Source: an uncultured virus (IMG/VR IMGVR_UViG_3300037471_001331)
Lineage: Duplodnaviria > Heunggongvirae > Uroviricota > Caudoviricetes
DNA length: 64,000 nucleotides
IMG/VR virus record: IMGVR_UViG_3300037471_001331
Reading direction: 5' to 3' (one strand)
A program made the position numbers and the translations under genes. The notes below the pieces were generated by a model that ran no database searches, was not told the origin of the DNA, and worked only from the letters and a program-made list of their open reading frames with translations. Positions 58,293 to 64,000 of this stretch are shown piece by piece (the stretch's first letter is position 1; every line of letters starts with the position of its first letter).

Positions 58293-59435
58293 ATGAAGCG
58301 CCTCGAGCTCACCCCGCAACTCCTGCAGTTGATCAAGGATCGCGTCGGCGAAGACGTGAACCTCGACGGCATCGCCGTCTTCGAGGCCATCTCGCTCAAC
58401 AACAAACCACTCCCCGGCAAGAAGGGCACGATCTGGGAAGGAGCCGTTGCGACCCCGCTGACGCTCAAGCAGATCAAGGACAAGATCGACGGCGGGTTCA
58501 CGATCCCGCTCCAGCTCAACCACGACATGGTCAACCTGCCGACCGGGCGGGTGTTCGACGCGGGCCTGAACTATGCCGACGACGGCAGCTTCGAGCTCCG
58601 TACGCTTTTCTACCTTGACGCCTCGGAAGCCGAGCTCGCCAGCAAGATCGACCAGGGCATCATCGACGAGGTCTCGATCTCGTTCCTGCCGACTTCGTAC
58701 CTCTGCTCCGAGTGCGGCTGGGATTATCTCGGCGAGGGCGCGAACTTCGAGAACTTCTTCACCCGCACCTGCGCGAACGATCACACGGTCGGCGAGGACG
58801 GGGTCCATGTGAACATGGTCGGGCTCGCCGATCTCATTGAGCTCAGCCTGGTTGCCCGCGGTGCAGCCGCAAATCCTAAAATTGTTGGCCGCTCGGCTTC
58901 AAAGCTCGCGCCTGCATCCGCGCAGCGTCTCGCTGCTCGGGGTTTCGAAATCGACGGCCTGGTTTGTCAGGCATCAAGAGGAGAAGACCTAGTGAACACG
59001 GAGAAGCTGACCGCGGATCTGATCGAGGCGAAGACCAAGGTCGGCGTCCTCGAAGCCGCAGCCGAAGGCCACCAGGCGGCGCTGACCGCCGCACACACGG
59101 CCCGCGACGAAGCGATCGCCGCGCGTGACACGGCCCAGGCCGAAGTGACGCGCCTGACGAGCGAGCTCGAGACCGCCAAGAGCGACAGCAAGGCCGACGA
59201 GGCCGAGGCCGCGACGGCGTGGCTCACCGCGTCGCTGACCAAGCTGCTCGCCGCGGCTGGCAAGGCGACCGAGAATCTTCCGACGACCGTGGCCGATCTG
59301 ACGGCTGCGATCGATGCCGAGACCAAGGGTCTCACGGCAATCATCCCCGCTGGTGGCGCCTCGGAAGGCGGCGCCGGCGAAACCGAGGTGAAACCGGCCG
59401 CAAGCCTGTCCGCCTACAAATCCCCGCGTCGATAA
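58293..59435 (+). CDS. Prohead protease / scaffold protein
   Basis: LNHD...GR, EVSIS, ELSLV protease-type motifs; Ala-rich coiled C-terminus; precedes decoration and capsid genes. Confidence 0.8.
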   Translation: MKRLELTPQLLQLIKDRVGEDVNLDGIAVFEAISLNNKPLPGKKGTIWEGAVATPLTLKQIKDKIDGGFTIPLQLNHDMVNLPTGRVFDAGLNYADDGSFELRTLFYLDASEAELASKIDQGIIDEVSISFLPTSYLCSECGWDYLGEGANFENFFTRTCANDHTVGEDGVHVNMVGLADLIELSLVARGAAANPKIVGRSASKLAPASAQRLAARGFEIDGLVCQASRGEDLVNTEKLTADLIEAKTKVGVLEAAAEGHQAALTAAHTARDEAIAARDTAQAEVTRLTSELETAKSDSKADEAEAATAWLTASLTKLLAAAGKATENLPTTVADLTAAIDAETKGLTAIIPAGGASEGGAGETEVKPAASLSAYKSPRR

Positions 59436-59449
59436 GGAGAACCTGAGAA

Positions 59450-59854
59450 ATGTTCGATCCCCGCGCTGTCGTCTCCTACGGGTTCCCGTTCGACGACTTC
59501 ATCTTCACCTACAACATCAGCGGTGCAGTCACCCAGGACAACCTGGGCGCGGCGCTGACGCTCGACACCACCGCCGCGAGCACGATGAAGCTCGCCGCTG
59601 ACGGTGACGAGATCCACGGCCGTCTCCAGACGTACGAGGACCGTTCGCAGCAGGGCGCCGGCAAGACCGGCGCGGTGCAGCGGAAGTTCAAGGAGAAGCT
59701 CCCCGCCGCTGTCGGTCACGGCATCGCAGTCGGTGACTCGGTCTGCGGCGGAGCCATCGCTGGCAACGCCCGCAAGGCGGTCGCTGGCACCGACCCCATC
59801 ACCAACCTCGTCGTCGAAGTCGGCACCGACTTTGTCGTCGTCGAGTCTCTGTAA
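59450..59854 (+). CDS. Head decoration / cement protein
   Basis: 134 aa Gly/Ala/Val-rich, between scaffold and MCP, AAGGAG SD. Confidence 0.7.
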   Translation: MFDPRAVVSYGFPFDDFIFTYNISGAVTQDNLGAALTLDTTAASTMKLAADGDEIHGRLQTYEDRSQQGAGKTGAVQRKFKEKLPAAVGHGIAVGDSVCGGAIAGNARKAVAGTDPITNLVVEVGTDFVVVESL

Positions 59855-59872
59855 CGGAAAGGCCCCAGACCG

Positions 59873-61081
59873 ATGAATCCCCTTTTGCTTGAGATCGCCC
59901 GCAATCGTCGGCCTGTCGACGTTGTTCTCGCGGGCTTTTTGGACGACAATCCGGCCGCGAGCACCGCTGCGGGCCAGAAGCTCGTCGCGGCTGCGAAGAA
60001 CGCCGGCCTGACGGTCCGCGACTATTGCCGCCTCGCCATCGACCCCGAGCAGGGCGCCTACAAGGGTGCGGGCCTCAACGGCTACGAGTGCGCTCTTGCG
60101 TACCTCGGCCTGCCGGCGCGCGACGACATCGACCAGGGCGTTCTGCTCCAGGCGGCGTCGGAGACGTTCCAGTTCAAGCCCGGCACTCGCGCCTTCTTCC
60201 CGGAGGTGATCGAGGACATGGTCCAGTGGAATTACCGCCAGGACCAGATCGAGAGTGTCGTTCCGATGCTCGCGAACAGCCGCGGCACGAGCTCGGTGGA
60301 GCTGATCACCCGCGTGATCGACGACAAGGAAGCTGACTACCAGCAGACTGGCGTCATCGCCGAGGGCGCGCGGATCCCGATCCGCACGCTGAAGACCGAC
60401 AGCAAGTCGGTGACGTTCCACAAGTTCGGCGGTGGCTATGAGTTCACCTACGAATTCGAGCGTCGCGTCAGCCTCGACGTCGTGACTCCGTACGCGAACC
60501 GCGTCGCGCGCGAGGCGCAGATCGGCCAGGTCGCGATCGTCACCGACCTGCTCGTCAACGGCGACGGCGTGAACCCCGCCGCTCCGGTCGTGAACGCTTC
60601 CGACCTCGGCGCTGCGATCGTCGACAACGCGGCCGTCTCGGCCGGCCGGCTGGACTGGGAAATCTTCCTGAAGTGGCTCATCAGCCGCGCTCAGGCGGGC
60701 ACCCCGGTCGACACCGTGATCGGTAACTGGGACATGGCGTTCGAGTGGGAGCGCATGTTCGCGAAGCCGACGACCGCCCAAGGTCCGACGCTCGTCGACA
60801 TCCTCGCCAAGGCCGGCGTCCAGACCGCGATCGAGAACCCGCGCTTCTCGTCCAACGTGAAGTTTGCAGTCAGCTCGGCCGCTCCGGCCGCGAAGCTGAT
60901 CGGCATCATCAAGGGCGAGACCGTCGAGGAGCTCAAGGAGAACGGTTCGGACATCGAGGAGTCCATCCGCTCGCTCGAGAACCAGAAGGTTCGCTTCGTG
61001 AAGACGGTCAACCACGGCTACCGCCTGGTCTTCGCCGACACGCGCAGCATCCTCAACCTCGACGCGGTCCCGGCTGGCTAA
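59873..61081 (+). CDS. Major capsid protein (HK97 fold)
   Basis: 402 aa; IAEGARIP, KFGGGYEFTYE, NGDG; followed by a strong terminator. Confidence 0.88.
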   Translation: MNPLLLEIARNRRPVDVVLAGFLDDNPAASTAAGQKLVAAAKNAGLTVRDYCRLAIDPEQGAYKGAGLNGYECALAYLGLPARDDIDQGVLLQAASETFQFKPGTRAFFPEVIEDMVQWNYRQDQIESVVPMLANSRGTSSVELITRVIDDKEADYQQTGVIAEGARIPIRTLKTDSKSVTFHKFGGGYEFTYEFERRVSLDVVTPYANRVAREAQIGQVAIVTDLLVNGDGVNPAAPVVNASDLGAAIVDNAAVSAGRLDWEIFLKWLISRAQAGTPVDTVIGNWDMAFEWERMFAKPTTAQGPTLVDILAKAGVQTAIENPRFSSNVKFAVSSAAPAAKLIGIIKGETVEELKENGSDIEESIRSLENQKVRFVKTVNHGYRLVFADTRSILNLDAVPAG

Positions 61082-61104
61082 GTCAGCCTGACCTGACCAA
61101 AGAG

Positions 61105-61138
61105 AGCCCCGGGCCGAAAGGTCCGGGGCTTTTCTTTT
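61105..61138 (+). terminator. Rho-independent terminator after MCP
   Basis: AGCCCCGGGCC-GAAA-GGTCCGGGGCT then TTTCTTTT. Confidence 0.9.
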
Positions 61139-61194
61139 GCCTAATCCACAGCTCGACCTAGTGCCCTGGCCGATGCCGAGCTTAGGCGACGAGC

Positions 61195-61467
61195 ATGAAG
61201 ATACTCGTCGAAACCACGGGCTCGTTCATGCTGATGGACCGCCTGACCCGCACCCTCATCCCGCACGATCAGCCGGCCGAGGTCGAACTCAACCCCTTCA
61301 TCCAGGAGCGCATCGACGCGGGCCAACTCCGCGTCCTCGAGGGCGACCTGCCGAAGCCGGAGGCCGAGGCTGAGGAGACCCAGCCCGCGACCGAAGCGGA
61401 ACCCGAGTCCAAGACGGAGACCGTCGCCGAGGAGGCCCCCAAGCCGCGTCGGCAGCGCAATAAGTAA
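61195..61467 (+). CDS. Hypothetical head-associated protein
   Basis: 90 aa with acidic low-complexity tail. Confidence 0.7.
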   Translation: MKILVETTGSFMLMDRLTRTLIPHDQPAEVELNPFIQERIDAGQLRVLEGDLPKPEAEAEETQPATEAEPESKTETVAEEAPKPRRQRNK

Positions 61468-62168
61468 TGCGCTCAGGCCTGCCGCTCACCCAGCCGGTTC
61501 TATTCTCGGACGGTTTCCCGGACGGTGACATCACCTGGGAGCTGCTCGACGGAACGGGCACAACCGTAGCGAGCGGCGCGGTCACGCCGGCCGTGGACAG
61601 CGTGTCCGCGATCATTGCCTTGACGGGCGCCCAGAACACCATCGAAGCTGGTGCAGTGTCGAGCCCTCGCGAGCTCCAGTGGAGCTACACGGTGGGCGCT
61701 GTGCTCCACAACGGGCGTCACCGCTACCGGCTCGAGATCTTCCTTCCGTTCGGCGTGTCCGAGCAGGGCGTCCGCCGCAAGCTCGGGCTTGAGGACGAAG
61801 AGCTCGACGACGACAGTATCGACCTGGCAACCGCCTACCAAGCTTTCCAGGAGCTTGTCGGAGCCGCCGAGCTCGCCGCGGCAACCGGCTACACGGCGCA
61901 GCTCGCTTGCGACGCGATCGAGGCGCTCGCCGCGCTTCCGATCCTTCCGCCCCTGCAGGTCAGCCTGGCCTCGAAGGAGAGCTCGGGCACCAATCAGTAC
62001 CAGCGGGGCAAGGTCGACTGGGATCAGCTTCGCGCTCAGCTCGAGCTCTACGTCCAGAACGGTGCCCTCGCCGTGGACCCCACTTACGACCCGTCGGCCA
62101 ACTACGGCTTGATCTTCGTGACGGCCGTTCGCAACGACCCGATTGTAGGAAACGACCAAACCGGTTAA
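61467..62168 (+). CDS. Putative head-tail adaptor
   Basis: TAATG coupling; VRRKLGLEDEELDD pattern; post-capsid position. Confidence 0.6.
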   Translation: MRSGLPLTQPVLFSDGFPDGDITWELLDGTGTTVASGAVTPAVDSVSAIIALTGAQNTIEAGAVSSPRELQWSYTVGAVLHNGRHRYRLEIFLPFGVSEQGVRRKLGLEDEELDDDSIDLATAYQAFQELVGAAELAAATGYTAQLACDAIEALAALPILPPLQVSLASKESSGTNQYQRGKVDWDQLRAQLELYVQNGALAVDPTYDPSANYGLIFVTAVRNDPIVGNDQTG

Positions 62169-62179
62169 TAGCCGGGGTC

Positions 62180-62554
62180 ATGATGTTCGCGCTATTGGCA
62201 GCGGCCTCCCTCGTTGCAGAGGCCGAGCAAGTTCTGGCCAGCCAGACGCCCAATCCCTCAGCTGTGCAGTTCAGCGACGTTCGCGAAGGCGACGGCGTCG
62301 TCTGCGGCCGGATCAACCGCCCCAACCGGGCCGGCGGATACGACGGCTTCCGGCCGTTCGCTTACTACTCCAGGGACCGCTGGATGTGGGGCACGAGCGA
62401 CGGGGTTGTCGTCGAGAACGGCGTCCTCGTCGATGTCGGTTATCTGATGGCGACGGAGCGAAACCTCGACGAGCTAAACACGGCACTGGCAGACGGCGCC
62501 GCCCAGCTCAGGGGTTGCTCAGGTCCCAGTCCGGAGCAGCTCAATTCCAATTGA
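62180..62554 (+). CDS. Exported protein of the CG..N..N..GGY.GF family (moron-like)
   Basis: Signal-like N-terminus, NPSAVQF, VCGRINRPNRAGGYDGFRPF. Confidence 0.65.
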   Translation: MMFALLAAASLVAEAEQVLASQTPNPSAVQFSDVREGDGVVCGRINRPNRAGGYDGFRPFAYYSRDRWMWGTSDGVVVENGVLVDVGYLMATERNLDELNTALADGAAQLRGCSGPSPEQLNSN

Positions 62555-62962
62555 GCGATAATTCCGAAGGGCCGTCTTGGCCATCGGCAGCACCTCGCAA
62601 TGGACCGAGACCAGCTCGTTGGTCTGTGTCCCGTCGCCGGGATCGAGCAGCGGGATCTTCTTCTTCTCTCCGAAGGCATCGAAGATGACGTCGATCATGT
62701 CGGCTTCGTCGAGCAGGTTCGCGTCGTCGACAGTCGAGATGGTCAGGCCGAAGCGGATGGTCCACTGGCCCAAGTTCTCGTCGAAGGAGAAGCCGTTGAC
62801 GCCGATCAGCGGCACCCGCGGCATGGTCTCTTCGTCGAAGCGATCCTCCCACGACCAGTAGGCGAGGTCCGGAAACTTGCCGGTGGTGGACTGAATTTCA
62901 TTGATCAGGTCGTTCACCGCGCGGAGAACCGACTTATAGACCGTGCTGTAGAGCTTCGCCAT
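62519..62962 (-). CDS. Hypothetical protein, possible tail-completion protein on the opposite strand
   Basis: 147 aa acidic ORF with phage codon bias inside the neck region. Confidence 0.6.
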   Translation of the reverse strand: MAKLYSTVYKSVLRAVNDLINEIQSTTGKFPDLAYWSWEDRFDEETMPRVPLIGVNGFSFDENLGQWTIRFGLTISTVDDANLLDEADMIDVIFDAFGEKKKIPLLDPGDGTQTNELVSVHCEVLPMAKTALRNYRSIGIELLRTGT

Positions 62963-62991
62963 TTGAGAGGCGGTGACCCCGCGGAGTCCCC

Positions 62992-63891
62992 ATGTCCACG
63001 TTAAGAATTCGGTTCAGGTTCAACCAGCAAACCGGCAAGGCGTCGGTCGAACCGGGGGGCAAGCACTTCGGCAACTTCTCGCGCGTGCTCGTGCAGCAGG
63101 TGGCGGTCCAGTACGGGAACAGCACGCTCGGGCTGATCAGGGACCATATTGAAAGCCAGATCCAGACGGACGTCCAGCGCGAGCTCGACCACATGGCCCG
63201 GCTCCTCATGACCCATGTCGTCGGCATTGCCGGACGCAACTCCGGGCCGACGGGCGCGCTCGGAACGGTGGCCCCCGAGTCCGAGGAGATGCGCGAGCTC
63301 GGCCTCCAGGTGAAGAGCGTCTCGCTGAGGGGTTTGGTCCGCGAGGGCTGGACGCCGCGCAGCCCCTACTATCTGAAGTGGCGGGCTCGCCACGGCGGAA
63401 GCACCGATTGGTTTCGGCTGCACTCCCCGAGCCGCCTCGACGCACTTCGATCAGGAAGCACCTGGACCGCGGCGTTCGGGGGCATCACCGTCAGCGTGCT
63501 CAAGCACACCGACCTCGAGAAAGGCGAACAGTCGTTCGGCCTCCTGAACATGCCCTACGGCAGCGCGGGGACGAGGATCGGCATCGCCACGATCCGCGTC
63601 GCCGCCATGAGCCGCATCACGCCCGAGATGCTGCCGGCGCTCGCCGGGGGTTCGCTCGGCAGTTTCGGCTCGAACCCGCAGCACGCCGGGCTTCTCTCGA
63701 TGCTCGGCGACCCGATCGCCTGGCGCCTCGGCGGCGATCCTGTCCGCGTGCCGTTCCGGCCGACCATCCAGCCGTTCCTCGGCTTCTTCCTGACAAGGGC
63801 GCTTCCGAACGCCGTGGCGAAGCGGATCGAGCAGGGTTTTGCACAGACGCGCTGGAAGTGGGAGCAGGGCTCGGTCGGTCGTACGCGCTAA
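62992..63891 (+). CDS. Hypothetical virion morphogenesis (neck-type) protein
   Basis: 299 aa; WTPRSPYYLKWR and PFRPTI patterns; GGAG SD. Confidence 0.6.
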   Translation: MSTLRIRFRFNQQTGKASVEPGGKHFGNFSRVLVQQVAVQYGNSTLGLIRDHIESQIQTDVQRELDHMARLLMTHVVGIAGRNSGPTGALGTVAPESEEMRELGLQVKSVSLRGLVREGWTPRSPYYLKWRARHGGSTDWFRLHSPSRLDALRSGSTWTAAFGGITVSVLKHTDLEKGEQSFGLLNMPYGSAGTRIGIATIRVAAMSRITPEMLPALAGGSLGSFGSNPQHAGLLSMLGDPIAWRLGGDPVRVPFRPTIQPFLGFFLTRALPNAVAKRIEQGFAQTRWKWEQGSVGRTR

Positions 63892-63941
63892 TCCACAAGA
63901 CGACATTCACCGGCAACCGCGGTCCACCGTAAGGCGCGGTT

Positions 63942-64000
63942 ATGTCAAAGCAAAGCCACCGCAGTTTCACGCTCCGCGTCGAGACCCCGTTCTACCTCGA
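63942..64000 (+). CDS. Start of the next structural gene (partial)
   Basis: MSKQSHRSFTLRVETPFYL, open to the window edge. Confidence 0.4.
   Translation, partial: MSKQSHRSFTLRVETPFYL

Overview
The whole 64 kb window is high-GC tailed-phage DNA, most likely a temperate siphovirus-type phage of an alphaproteobacterium (host inferred from a GapR/DUF2312 homolog and the tRNA 3' end used as att core). No host genes are visible. Phage genes flank an intact attP (tRNA 3' end plus arm repeats, 5441-5624), so this looks like the free or excised form. Minus strand, 1-49 kb: thyA, an SbcC/SbcD-like pair, integrase and xis-like gene, GapR, 3'-5' exonuclease, resolvase, family A DNA polymerase, 5'-3' exonuclease, a DnaA-domain-IV-like protein, SNF2-type helicase, a DfrB-like protein, MazG and HD nucleotidases, class II RNR (nrdJ), GP88-like protein, ATP-dependent ligase, rIIA/rIIB, about 35 small early genes (including WYL and RadC/JAB) and a Prim-Pol/D5 primase-helicase. 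Plus strand: a lysis cassette (3.3-5.4 kb) and the head module (terminase, portal, fibre and SGNH proteins, protease/scaffold, decoration protein, major capsid, neck) from 49.5 kb. Most notable observations: (i) a holin-like membrane protein fused to a LapG/BTLCP-type cysteine protease closing the lysis cassette; (ii) 14 copies of a 17-bp palindrome AAGTGAC-N3-GTCACTT across the early/replication half, two of them inside a 35-bp inverted repeat around an AT-rich putative origin; (iii) a DfrB-like domain; (iv) two converging SGNH esterase genes in the head module; (v) a candidate overprinted gene and T-rich codon patches. All calls come from motif recognition by eye; no database searches were run.
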